Source: a virus
Lineage: Duplodnaviria; Heunggongvirae; Uroviricota; Caudoviricetes
DNA length: 49,397 nucleotides
Virus record (IMG/VR): IMGVR_UViG_648861009_000005
Direction: 5' to 3' (one strand)
The position numbers and the translations under genes are program-made. Below the pieces are notes generated by a model. That model ran no database searches. It saw only the letters and a list, made by a program, of their open reading frames with translations, and was not told the DNA's origin. Below, one piece after another: positions 1 through 9,205 of this stretch (position 1 is its first letter; each line of letters begins with the position of its first letter).

Positions 1-1119
1 TCAAATAACCAACTTAACCCATTCCTGACCTCGAGTATCGTTATAGCGATCGGTGGTTGCCTGGACTTTATGTCCTAGTAATGTTTTTGTATCGATACCC
101 TGTGCACGGTACAGCCGTTCTGATAGAGAGCGTTGTTCATGAAATGTTGGCGGAGTTTTTCCTGCTGGTGGAATTATCCCAGCCAGATCCCGTGCTTTGG
201 CAAAGTAGTCGCTCAGGTTGTCTTTACTCATCGGCTTCGGTTGTTTCTGGTGCCGACTATGGATTAGATATGGACTTAATATTCTGTCTCGGCACCCATC
301 AATAACTTCTTTTAACGTTATCCCAATGGCATCACAGCGTAGTGTAAGCGGTAACGCCAGACGCATTCCGGTTTTTCCCTGGGTGATATGCAAGTGTTCG
401 TTCCACACATCTGAAAAACGCATGTGGCAAATGTCATCACGGCGCTGACCAGTAACAATCGCAAGAAGCATTGCGTTACGGATAAAGTGTTTTTCAGGCG
501 TTGCATTGTAAATTTTTTGCCAGTCTTCCATGGTGAGCCTGGCTCTGGTTACTTTAGGGATCGGTTTACGGGTAGCCTCCGGAGGATTCCATCCAGGAGG
601 AACTTCCCCTGCATGCTGTGCTTCTTTATAAATATCAACCCATAATCCACGATTTACTCTCGCTGTGCTGACCATGTCTTTATCCAGCCACTCATCCAGT
701 ATTAATGCAAAGTCTCTTACTTCCAGTTCTTTCAATGGGTGGTTTCCCAGACGGGAAACCAGGTATGCAGCCATTCGAGTTTTTTCTTTGTGAGTTGTAG
801 CTGCAATATCTCCATTTTTCAGTCGCGTGTCCTGTATTTTCAGATATCGATCAACCCATGCCTTTAATCTGATACCCCGACGTTTTGTTGCTGACGGACT
901 TTCATCAATTTTGCGCATGAAATATTCAGCTTCTGCTGCAGCTATTCGCTGATTGGCTGTGGAAGCGATTTTTTCTGCCTTACCTTTGTCTGTTCCGAGT
1001 CCGTGAAATTTTCCAGTCACAGGATTTTTATACTGGTAGTAAACTCTGCCAGTTCTGCGATCAAACTTTTCGTAAAGACCGGCTACGTCAGTGCTGTTTT
1101 TTCGTGGCCTCGGTGACAT
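1..1119 (-). CDS. int: Phage integrase, tyrosine recombinase
   Basis: 372-aa ORF; C-terminal LGHKVQATTDRY motif typical of the tyrosine-recombinase active site; sits at the prophage end and overlaps xis. Confidence 0.9.
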   Translation of the reverse strand: MSPRPRKNSTDVAGLYEKFDRRTGRVYYQYKNPVTGKFHGLGTDKGKAEKIASTANQRIAAAEAEYFMRKIDESPSATKRRGIRLKAWVDRYLKIQDTRLKNGDIAATTHKEKTRMAAYLVSRLGNHPLKELEVRDFALILDEWLDKDMVSTARVNRGLWVDIYKEAQHAGEVPPGWNPPEATRKPIPKVTRARLTMEDWQKIYNATPEKHFIRNAMLLAIVTGQRRDDICHMRFSDVWNEHLHITQGKTGMRLALPLTLRCDAIGITLKEVIDGCRDRILSPYLIHSRHQKQPKPMSKDNLSDYFAKARDLAGIIPPAGKTPPTFHEQRSLSERLYRAQGIDTKTLLGHKVQATTDRYNDTRGQEWVKLVI

Positions 1120-1357
1120 GAGTTAAAATCTCCTTCAGTGCATCATCATCGCCAGTATGAATTTCCGGCGCAATTCCCGTTTCACCAGGCCCAACAAATA
1201 CTGCTCGGCGATCTATCAGCCAACGCCCACGAATTTTTTGTGGTCTTGGAACGATGTATCCTAGTTTTCCGTATTTCACCAGGGTAGTGTTTGTTATTGG
1301 GAGACTGAACCGTTTTGGTTTCCACTCGTCGAGCGTTATCAGGTACTGTTCGCTCAT
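1088..1357 (-). CDS. xis: Putative excisionase
   Basis: Small basic protein directly upstream of int, overlapping it by 32 nt; GGAG RBS before the ATG at 1357 (the GTG at 1366 is the alternative start). Confidence 0.5.
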   Translation of the reverse strand: MSEQYLITLDEWKPKRFSLPITNTTLVKYGKLGYIVPRPQKIRGRWLIDRRAVFVGPGETGIAPEIHTGDDDALKEILTHVTEATKKQH

Positions 1358-1418
1358 GGCTATCACTCCGGAACGCGCCAGTTGCAGAATATCAACGACA
1401 ACTGGCGACGGTTGAACA

Positions 1419-4340
1419 TTAAAAATCAGCCTGACTCGGGATCAGTTTTTGCCAGATAACTGAAACGTATTTTGCCTGGTAACGGGCGTCATCAAGTGCA
1501 TTATGGCGCTCACCTTCGAATGGAATAGCCGTTCTGGCATCGAAGTCTATGGCTTTCCCCAGCTCAACGATTGTGCGTACATCGCGATCGTTGTAGTAAC
1601 GCCACGGGCAGGGGATCCCCTGCCGTTCGTATGAACGGCGCAAAATCGTGTTGTCGAAGTTGGCTCCATTTCCCCAGACCTGAACAAAAATTCGCCGGAG
1701 TTTTCGTCGATAAATTCCCGCAATTGTAACAGTGCATCATCTAACGGGATTTCATCGGTCATAATGGCAGATTGCGCTTCGCGNNNNNNNNNNNNNNNNN
1801 NNNNNNNNNNNNNNNNNNNNNNNNNNNNNNNNNNNNNNNNNNNNNNNNNNNNNNNNNNNNNNNNNNNNNNNNNNNNNNNNNNNNNNNNNNNNNNNNNNNN
1901 NNNNNNNNNNNNNNNNNNNNNNNNNNNNNNNNNNNNNNNNNNNNNNNNNNNNNNNNNNNNNNNNNNNNNNNNNNNNNNNNNNNNNNNNNNNNNNNNNNNN
2001 NNNNNNNNNCTATGGNGTTTCCCCCAGCTCAACGATTGTGCGTACATCGCGATCGTTGTAGTAACGCCACGGGCAGGGGATCCCCTGCCGTTCGTATGAA
2101 CGGCGCAAAATCGTGTTGTCGAAGTTGGCTCCATTTCCCCAGACCTGAACAAAAAATTCGCCGGAGTTTTCGTCGATAAATTCCCGCAATTGTAACAGTG
2201 CATCATCTAACGGGATTTCATCGGTCATAATGGCAGATTGCGCTTCGCGTGATTGCTTAAGCCACCATTTAATGGTGTCCCGATCAATGACTCCGCCAGC
2301 AGTTTCCAGATCGATAGTCTTACTAAATTCCGGTCCCATATCTCCGGTTTGCGGATCGAAAAATATTGCACCTATTGAGATAATCGGGGCATCTGGATTT
2401 TTTCCCATGGTTTCAAGGTCGATCATTAGATGGTCACACGTCCCGCTGGTGGATGTGCCTTTATGATGACCGTTCACCTTAACTGAGTGATCTGTCGCCT
2501 CGCCAGTTTCACTATCGCTATCGTGATGCTGATTGCCGCCAGGGTTCTCCTTGTGTGGATGTTCAGTGCCTTCCATTTCCTCCGGATCATTTTCCTGAAC
2601 TTCAACCTGATTCTCTTCATTGAATGTTTCCTGGTATGTTGCGTCGCCCATCACCGCGCCACAATCAGGGCAGTTGCCGCCGCCGGTCTGACCGCAGGCG
2701 GTGCAGATCTTTTCCGGTTCCTGTTGCACTACTGGTTCAGGTTGTTTCGTTTCTGGCTCGTTTTGTAACGCATTTGGGCTGTTTTGTTCCGCTTTCTGGC
2801 CGTTCTGTTCCGTTTCTTGCTGGTTCTGGTTCACAGAATCGCGGGTTTCCATCCCCTTGACCCATTTCGGATCATTCGGGTCGCTAATCCCTGCAACAAA
2901 TTCTCCGCGAGAGGCCGCAAGCAACTTATCGGCGTCAGGCTGGCTGATATTGGCTGCCTGCATAATTTTGTTTACTTCGTCAGCGGTAACTTTTACCTGA
3001 TTAACCGGATCTATCTGTGCCTGAGTATCCAGCGATTGCGTGTCCTGGCGATGTTCAGTTGTATTCGGCTCCATTGCTTCAGTCGTTGCCTGTTCATCTG
3101 CCATTGCGTCAGACGGTTGTGATTTTTCCTCATTATTTTTTTCTTCTTCTGTTTCGCGTTCAGCAGCCAGTTCGCGGTTAACTTCTTCCAGGATATCTTT
3201 TTCCGGTGTATGTCGTGCAGCAGCGAGAGTTTCCTCGGTAGGGTTCTCGTGATCAGTTTCCGTCAAATAGGCGTTGATATACCCCTGAAGGCGTCCCGGG
3301 TAGTGATAAAATTCAGGGTGTGCGCTTCGGATAAGTGCAAAAATAGCGGCGCGGGAATAATCCAGGATACCCGGGATTGCGCGAAGTGCTGCGGACCATT
3401 CTTTGAACGGACTTTCTTTCTTCCGGACGACTTCTTTTGCGCGACGATAAACGCTGCCCGGAATTTCATAAATATTAAAATCCATCGGAAGTGTGGCCGC
3501 TGCAATCTCCACATCCAGCGTATCGAAGGTGTGTACTAAATTCGGATTGCGATCGGTTTTGTTCCCTCCACCGGCATTAGCACCGGAAGCCGTGCGGGTG
3601 ATGCGTGAAACACGATTTCCTTTCATCCACTCTTTTGTCAGCAGACCGCGATCGGTGTAGTCAGCGCCCAGGTATGCTTCGAAAAAAGCAGTCATCAGTC
3701 CCAGGTCTGAATTACCAGGATTAGGGAAAACTTTGTCCGTGTCACGAACCAGTTTGTGGAGATCGCGAATTTCCAGCGGTTCGAGTTGCGCTGCTTTATT
3801 TGAGATGGCCAGCGCGGTAACGGCGGGAAGTTTTTCATCCTGTGCGTTATGTAATGTGCGCAGTTCGTCCCGCGAAACGTGTGTGATCGGTTTTTCGCTG
3901 CCGTGCTGTGCCAGCCATCGAACAGGCAGAATCTGACCTGAAACCGGCAGGAGCATGTTCTCCTCAATCTCAGCCATGTTTTCGCCGTTGACGTTGGTAT
4001 TGTCAGTGCTGGCTGGTTTATCCTGAACAGAGGGCGAGGGCGCGATAAGTACCATTGTGATACCATCTTCACCGCCCTTTTCGTATCGGTTGCAGAATTC
4101 GGTATCAAACACGCCTTCCGGAGGAAGGTCATTCACAACGGGTAAATGGACGCGAACAGGTTTTTTAAAATCCTCTTTGTCAAATCCGGCATCGTCCATT
4201 GCGACAACACCGCGTGATATTGCAACCGATAATTTTTTTGCTGTGCGCCAGTAAAAACCGCCTTTAATTCCAAGACGTTTTCTGATTTTGTCATTTTTGG
4301 CTTCGTAATATAGTGCAATTTCTTCTTTATCAGTGCTCAT
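1419..4340 (-). CDS. RecE-like exonuclease (exodeoxyribonuclease VIII-type N-terminal region) with C-terminal DEDD-type 3'-5' exonuclease domain; interrupted by a scaffold gap
   Basis: 776-aa ORF plus a duplicated C-terminal piece; N-terminal motifs (PVVNDLP, NVNGENMAEIEENMLLP, LTKEWMKGNRVS, TASGANAGGGN) resemble RecE as recalled; C-terminus HLMIDLETMG..WGNGANFD is a DnaQ-like exonuclease motif; central acidic/Gln-rich linker with a CxxC...CxxC motif. Confidence 0.7.
1784..2009. other. Assembly gap (226 N) with duplicated flanks; also a single N at 2016
   Basis: N-run; 1547-1783 is nearly identical to 2016-2252 (one A-run indel). Confidence 0.9.
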
Positions 4341-4417
4341 TGATAAACCTCATTACAGATTTAAGGGTGAACAAATCCCTGCCATTGCTGGCATATAAAA
4401 ATGAAACCGGATATTAA

Positions 4418-4621
4418 TTACGGTGCTGTTTTAAGCCCCGCCGGGATTTCGTTATTGTCCATGTGAATAACTTTATCGACCGGATAACAGTTGCCGGGAA
4501 TTTTCTGTTCCGCTGCGGCAGCCATGCATTCTTTCATTGAGTTGTACATGCCGGTGATTGCATCAAGCGACTCACCAGTATTGAGATGTACAGTCAGAAT
4601 GAGTACGAATAATGTGTTCAT
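4418..4621 (-). CDS. Small membrane protein, possibly YdfD-like
   Basis: 67 aa with hydrophobic N-terminus (MNTLFVLILTV); GGAGAG RBS; start overlaps the dicB-like stop (ATGA); position matches the Qin dicB-ydfD arrangement. Confidence 0.45.
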   Translation of the reverse strand: MNTLFVLILTVHLNTGESLDAITGMYNSMKECMAAAAEQKIPGNCYPVDKVIHMDNNEIPAGLKTAP

Positions 4622-4806
4622 CGCCACTCTCCGAAAATACCGAGTTTAAGAAGGGCAATTCTGGAGAGTATGGAATTGTCATTCAGCAGGTAGGGTTCAT
4701 ATTTTCTCATATTGATTGCATCCTCGGTGAAATCCCTGTTACTGAGCAGAACACCAATATTAAAGCACCCGTCAGACGTATTAACGTTTGGTAGTGACGT
4801 TTCCAT
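4618..4806 (-). CDS. dicB: Cell-division inhibitor DicB-like protein
   Basis: 62 aa; LPNVNTS.GCF.IGV..SN..FTEDAIN.RK pattern matches K-12 DicB as recalled; GAGGA RBS. Confidence 0.7.
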   Translation of the reverse strand: METSLPNVNTSDGCFNIGVLLSNRDFTEDAINMRKYEPYLLNDNSILSRIALLKLGIFGEWR

Positions 4807-4816
4807 TATCGCGTCC

Positions 4817-5374
4817 TCAACAATGAATTTTTAGCAATTGCTCCACAGTCATATTTTTAATTGCGCTCCGGTTTACAAGAGTCCATCCTTGTTTCTCCAG
4901 ATAAAACCGGAAGGTATCCAGGGTGCAGACCATTGCGCCGTCAGGAACGGTTTCAGTGAATTTGATATTGCCGTGTTCGTCGAGACGGATAACCAGGGTG
5001 CGTCCGTCCCCGTGAATCATTTTGTCGGGAGACGGGGCGTTATTCTGGCGCAGTTCTTCCTCCATGCGATCGAACTCAGCGATGTAGGCTTCTTTGAAAG
5101 TTGCGGCTTTTTTACCTGTGAACCCCATCACCAGGAAAACGAAGCCGTTTTTGGTGATTTGGTACATGGGGCGTTTTTCGCCTTTGGCGTCGGTGTAGGT
5201 AACGGGCGTAAAATTGCGCTCGTTAAAATCTTCAGAGCATTCTAGCGTTTCAATTTTGCGCAGAACGTCCTTGTGCATTTTGCGGAAGAACTCTGCAACC
5301 GCAACAGACGTAGTGACAGCGCGACCATTTTCGATGGTTACGTCAGGGTGAGAAAGGGTAGGGATAGTAGCCAT
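4817..5374 (-). CDS. rha: Rha-family phage regulatory protein
   Basis: N-terminus IENGRAVTTSVAVAEFFRKMHKDVLRKIETL is typical of the Phage_pRha domain; AAGAGG RBS before the ATG at 5374; the ORF is open in frame up to 5671 but that extension contains a terminator hairpin. Confidence 0.65.
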   Translation of the reverse strand: MATIPTLSHPDVTIENGRAVTTSVAVAEFFRKMHKDVLRKIETLECSEDFNERNFTPVTYTDAKGEKRPMYQITKNGFVFLVMGFTGKKAATFKEAYIAEFDRMEEELRQNNAPSPDKMIHGDGRTLVIRLDEHGNIKFTETVPDGAMVCTLDTFRFYLEKQGWTLVNRSAIKNMTVEQLLKIHC

Positions 5375-5540
5375 AATGGCAGCCTCTTGGTTGAGTATTA
5401 ATAACTCACCACCAAGGTTTTCCACGACCATAAGGGTGGTGAGGCGTACAGGGGTGGAAATACCGGTCAACCAAGAATCCGGCCAGCCTTGCAGCTGCCC
5501 TGCACGCCCCACCATAATCTGAATGTGGCTGTGCTTGACG

Positions 5541-5563
5541 CATAAAAAAACCGCCTGAGCGCG
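5541..5563 (-). terminator. Putative intrinsic terminator
   Basis: On the minus strand, hairpin accgc-gctcag-gcggt followed by T7. Confidence 0.4.
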
Positions 5564-5850
5564 GTTATGCGCTTGATTGAATTCCGGGTTTCCACGCCCG
5601 GCACCCGTTTTATGAGGTGCAGGTGCACTATAATTCCACCCGTTCTGGTTTTCAATAGCTACATTCAACATTTTCTCTTACCTTTCATCACCGAAGTGAA
5701 CTTTGTTGATGCGGTGCCTGGTGCCTCCAGGTGACGTTAACCAGTTAACAATTAACGCCGGATACAGAGAATCCACCCATAACACTGTTTTTGGTTTTAA
5801 CTGTTCCGCGTGCGCTTAGCCGCATTCACCGCATCACAAAATTCACTTTA

Positions 5851-5903
5851 AAAAGGGTGGCAGAGCAGTCACGGAGTAGAACTGATGCCACCAAAGACTA
5901 CAC
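5851..5903 (-). ncRNA. dicF: DicF-like small RNA
   Basis: Minus-strand sequence UUUGGUGGCAUCAGUUCUACUCCGUGACUGCUCUGCCACCC + U5 matches K-12 DicF as recalled, with paired substitutions that preserve the terminator stem. Confidence 0.65.
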
Positions 5904-6201
5904 ATGGGTATTGTGGCGGGGCTGTCACTTAAGCGTATGGTCAACCTGACAACCCGGTGCATTTTCTGGAGCAATGGAGGAAACCCCAGCCATACTTACC
6001 GCCGCGCCATTTCGCGGATTGCCACAACCGGAAGCGCACGATCGAATTAAATTTAACGACGACCTATACAGAGAGACTAACTTCGCCGGGCGCTTTCGTG
6101 TTATGCCCTGACTTTTCAGGGATATATCCTTTTTAGTAAACTGTCAGTGCCGGATTCTTATCCGTGTCCGGCGCACGCACTCTACCTCACCTGTGAATAA
6201 A

Positions 6202-6588
6202 TTAATGATTAATTGATATTTTGTTGTTTGATTCAACTTTCCCATCGGATGTGTGATGCTTTAAATCACAGGAATTAATACTGCTCGCTGTAAAATGATT
6301 TTCAAGGGGAGCTATTCGAATCCCTTTCTTTTTCATTAACAAGCCAAATCCTTTATTAATGATGTCCATTAATTCCAGGAAGTATTTTTCATGTAAATCC
6401 TGGTTATCAGAGAGCTGCTTCTCTTCGTACAGACCGATAAAGGCACGACGCACGTTACCGGATATAGTATCGATGGTTTCTTTTTCTACGGTACTCAGGT
6501 CAAGAGTCGCCAGTTGAGAGCGAACCACATTCGATGCCATTTCCTGGAATGGTACTGGTAAATCTTTAAATTCCATCGTCAACCTCAT
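6202..6588 (-). CDS. Hypothetical protein (dicB-operon position, YdfB/YdfC region)
   Basis: 128-aa ORF; start overlaps the upstream stop (ATGA), suggesting translational coupling. Confidence 0.4.
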   Translation of the reverse strand: MRLTMEFKDLPVPFQEMASNVVRSQLATLDLSTVEKETIDTISGNVRRAFIGLYEEKQLSDNQDLHEKYFLELMDIINKGFGLLMKKKGIRIAPLENHFTASSINSCDLKHHTSDGKVESNNKISINH

Positions 6589-6740
6589 CAGTCAGTGTTT
6601 CTGGTTAACCAGCGACGCGCGCCAGCTTCAGTTTGAAACGTTTTGCTTCTGGTATACGTCATCGCGGTAAACGTGCCGTCCTGGTTGGGAAACACGCCGC
6701 ATACCAGAGATTCGTTGTTGCCAAGATCGATAGTATCCAT
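6588..6740 (-). CDS. Small protein, YdfA-like
   Basis: 50 aa (MDTIDLGNNESLV...); GAGG RBS; first gene downstream of the dicA-like repressor, as in Qin. Confidence 0.45.
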   Translation of the reverse strand: MDTIDLGNNESLVCGVFPNQDGTFTAMTYTRSKTFQTEAGARRWLTRNTD

Positions 6741-6946
6741 GCTGACCTCATTTCCCCTTAACGCCAGGGTAGCGGAACTGTTTGCTGAGAACACCGTGCG
6801 GTGTCTTGATGAGTAGAATTTAGAATAACCTAAGAATTATGGTCAAGCTTTTTGTGTAGAAAAACCTAAGCTTTTTGATGTAAAAAACACAAGCATTTGA
6901 AAGTTTGTGCTTTTTATTACAGAGAGTGGCGAAAAAAAAGGGAGGG

Positions 6947-7354
6947 TTATTTATTTGCGCTTCTTTTGCGAGCTTTGAGTAGTTCTTCAAAAAGTTTGTT
7001 GAAATTCTCAACTCGAGCACGCATCTCTGACAACAGAGCCTTTTGCTCTGACTCAGGCAGTGCGTCGAACAGTTGAAGCAACTCTTTTTGATCTTCTGTC
7101 AGATTAACTGGCTGATTATCTGGGATCGGTTCGCCTGGTTGCTTATCTTCATCTCCAAAAAGAAGCCAAGTCGGCGAGCACTGAAGCGCCTGGCTCAGTG
7201 CGAATAATCTCTTCCCCGCTGGCTGTGTTTCATCTCTTTCCCATTGAGAAATTGTTACGTGAGCCACTTTGACCAGCTTACCTAATGCGGCCTGAGACAG
7301 TTTTAATTTTTTACGCCTGTATAAGAGGCGAGCACCGAAGGTTTCGTTTTTCAT
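6947..7354 (-). CDS. dicA: DicA-like repressor (XRE-family HTH, cI analogue)
   Basis: 135 aa; strong resemblance to K-12 DicA as recalled (RYRRK.L...Q..L.K.....VSQWER, FALS..LQCSPTW.LFGDEDKQP, NFNKLFEELLKAR). Confidence 0.85.
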   Translation of the reverse strand: MKNETFGARLLYRRKKLKLSQAALGKLVKVAHVTISQWERDETQPAGKRLFALSQALQCSPTWLLFGDEDKQPGEPIPDNQPVNLTEDQKELLQLFDALPESEQKALLSEMRARVENFNKLFEELLKARKRSANK

Positions 7355-7430
7355 ATTAGGTAATTCTAATTTTTCTTGACTTAGGTTTCTCTACGATCTA
7401 GTTTCCTTAGGAAAATCTAAGGAGTTCGAT
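7355..7430. promoter_or_regulatory. Divergent promoter/operator region between dicA and dicC
   Basis: AT-rich spacer with repeated TTAGG...CTAA half-site-like motifs and a TTGACT -35-like hexamer. Confidence 0.45.
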
Positions 7431-7658
7431 ATGTTGAAAATTGATGCTATAGCGTTTTTTGGCAGCAAAACAAAGCTTGCCAATGCCGCAGGAGTTAGGC
7501 TGGCAAGCGTTGCTGCATGGGGGAAACTGGTTCCTGAAGGTCGCGCGATGCGTCTACAGGAGGCATCCGGCGGGGAACTTCAGTACGACCCCAAAGTTTA
7601 TGACGAATATCGTAAGGCAAAGCGGGCGGGGCGGTTGAACAATGAAAATCACCCCTGA
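7431..7658 (+). CDS. dicC: DicC-like Cro-type regulator
   Basis: 75 aa; near-identical to K-12 DicC as recalled (GRAMRLQEASGGELQYDPKVYDEYRK.KRAGRLNNENH); AAGGAG RBS. Confidence 0.8.
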   Translation: MLKIDAIAFFGSKTKLANAAGVRLASVAAWGKLVPEGRAMRLQEASGGELQYDPKVYDEYRKAKRAGRLNNENHP

Positions 7659-8193
7659 ACAGGTTTGTGAGGCTCTGGATGCCTGGGTATGTCGACCAGG
7701 AATGACACAGGAGCAAGCGACGATATTAATCACGGAAGCATTCTGGGCTCTGAAAGAACGCCCGAACATCGATGTTCAACGCGTCACGTTTAATGATGGC
7801 GAGGTTGATCAACGGGCGCTGGGCGTTAACCGGGTGAAGATATTCGAACGCTGGAAAGCTATCGACACCAGGGATAAGCGGAAAAAATTCACGGCGCTGA
7901 TTCCGGCAATTATGGAGGCTATCCGAATTAGTGATTTCAGGTTGTATCGTGAGATCAGTGATGGAAAAAGCATTACGTACATGATCGCCGGATTAAACAA
8001 AGAATATGGCGATGTGGTGGAGTCCGGGCTGCTTTTTGCGGATCCAGCTGTTGTGGAACGTGAGACTGACGAGCTTATAGAAAAAGCTATTGCTTTCAAG
8101 CATGCGTATCGTCAGCAATATCAATATTACTTTGCAGATAAACAAATGTCTGCCAGGGGTTTGTATGAGTATCGATGCACTACGATGGGCTAA
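7642..8193 (+). CDS. YdaT-like (CII-analogue) regulatory protein, tentative
   Basis: 183 aa immediately after the cro-like gene; the call rests on position and vague similarity only. Confidence 0.35.
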   Translation: MKITPEQVCEALDAWVCRPGMTQEQATILITEAFWALKERPNIDVQRVTFNDGEVDQRALGVNRVKIFERWKAIDTRDKRKKFTALIPAIMEAIRISDFRLYREISDGKSITYMIAGLNKEYGDVVESGLLFADPAVVERETDELIEKAIAFKHAYRQQYQYYFADKQMSARGLYEYRCTTMG

Positions 8194-9205
8194 AAAGGTG
8201 AAAACCGGCAGTTCATCCAGTAAGTCTGTATTGACCTGGCTTGCTGATATGTGCGGTGCCGATTTGTGTGCATACCCGTCTGTATCTGCACTGGCAGAAG
8301 TAACGGAACTGAACAAAAAGACTGTGCAGGACAGCTTACGACACCTGATGGAGATTGGGTTAATTGTTGATACCGGTGAGAGAAAAGGCAGAACAAAGCA
8401 AATTGTGGTGTACCGACTTATCGGTGTAGAAGAAAGTGTTGCCGAGCCTGAATACACCCAAAAACGGGAGTCTTTAAAGGTGGGTAAAATTGGTGCTGTT
8501 AATAAAAACAGTACCGAAAATGGTTATGTTTCAGCACAAAACAGACCCAAAAACGGAACTCTTAGCTGCATGGAAAATAACCAAAGACACCCAAATTTTC
8601 CATCAAAGACACCCAAAAACGGATCACGGAACCCAAAGGAACCCAAAGATCTAAACCCCACACATAACGCACGCGAGAGTGCTCCGACCAGTGAGCAGGA
8701 AGTTTTGTCGTTACAGGCAGCACCCCTTGTATTCCTGGATGGCCTGAGCGAACCCATCGGAAAATTTCCGATGACCGATAGCTGGTATCCGTCACGGGAT
8801 TTTCGACGACGGGCTGCGTTGTGGGGGATGGCTTTGCCGGAGACAGAATTTACACCTGCTGAACTTGCCGCCTTCCGGGACTACTGGGCAGCGGAGGGGA
8901 AAGTGTTTACGCAGATTCAGTGGGAGCAGAAATTCGCCCGTCACGTAAATCACGTCAGGGCGCAGGTTAAACCAGTCAGCAAGGGGGTAAACCATGCAGC
9001 AGCACCAGGTGGCACCGCATCACGGGCAGTTCAGGAAATTCGGGCAGCACGTGAGCAGTGGGAACGTGAAAACGGATTTATCAGCGACGGAAACGGTCTG
9101 GAAGCTGTGGGAACTCATGGGGGAGGTTTATTCGAACCGCTGGACCCAGAAGAACGGGGCCGCACCTTCGAAGCTCTGGATTGCACAGATTGGCGCGATG
9201 ACTGA
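8165..9205 (+). CDS. Replication initiator (O-like; N-terminal winged-helix, C-terminal DnaT-like region)
   Basis: Position upstream of the P-like gene; N-terminal wHTH-like segment SVSALAEVTELNKKTVQDSLRHLMEIGLI; the 3' end overlaps the P-like frame. Confidence 0.5.
   Translation: MSIDALRWAKKVKTGSSSSKSVLTWLADMCGADLCAYPSVSALAEVTELNKKTVQDSLRHLMEIGLIVDTGERKGRTKQIVVYRLIGVEESVAEPEYTQKRESLKVGKIGAVNKNSTENGYVSAQNRPKNGTLSCMENNQRHPNFPSKTPKNGSRNPKEPKDLNPTHNARESAPTSEQEVLSLQAAPLVFLDGLSEPIGKFPMTDSWYPSRDFRRRAALWGMALPETEFTPAELAAFRDYWAAEGKVFTQIQWEQKFARHVNHVRAQVKPVSKGVNHAAAPGGTASRAVQEIRAAREQWERENGFISDGNGLEAVGTHGGGLFEPLDPEERGRTFEALDCTDWRDD

Noticed and set aside
1764-2206. ORFs spanning the first N-run on both strands
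   Set aside because: Gap artefacts; the real coding sequence is the exonuclease on the minus strand.
4817-5671. Full 284-aa ORF as the rha gene model
   Set aside because: The N-terminal 99 codons contain a terminator hairpin and lack Rha-domain similarity; the RBS-supported internal ATG at 5374 is preferred, with the extension noted as a finding.
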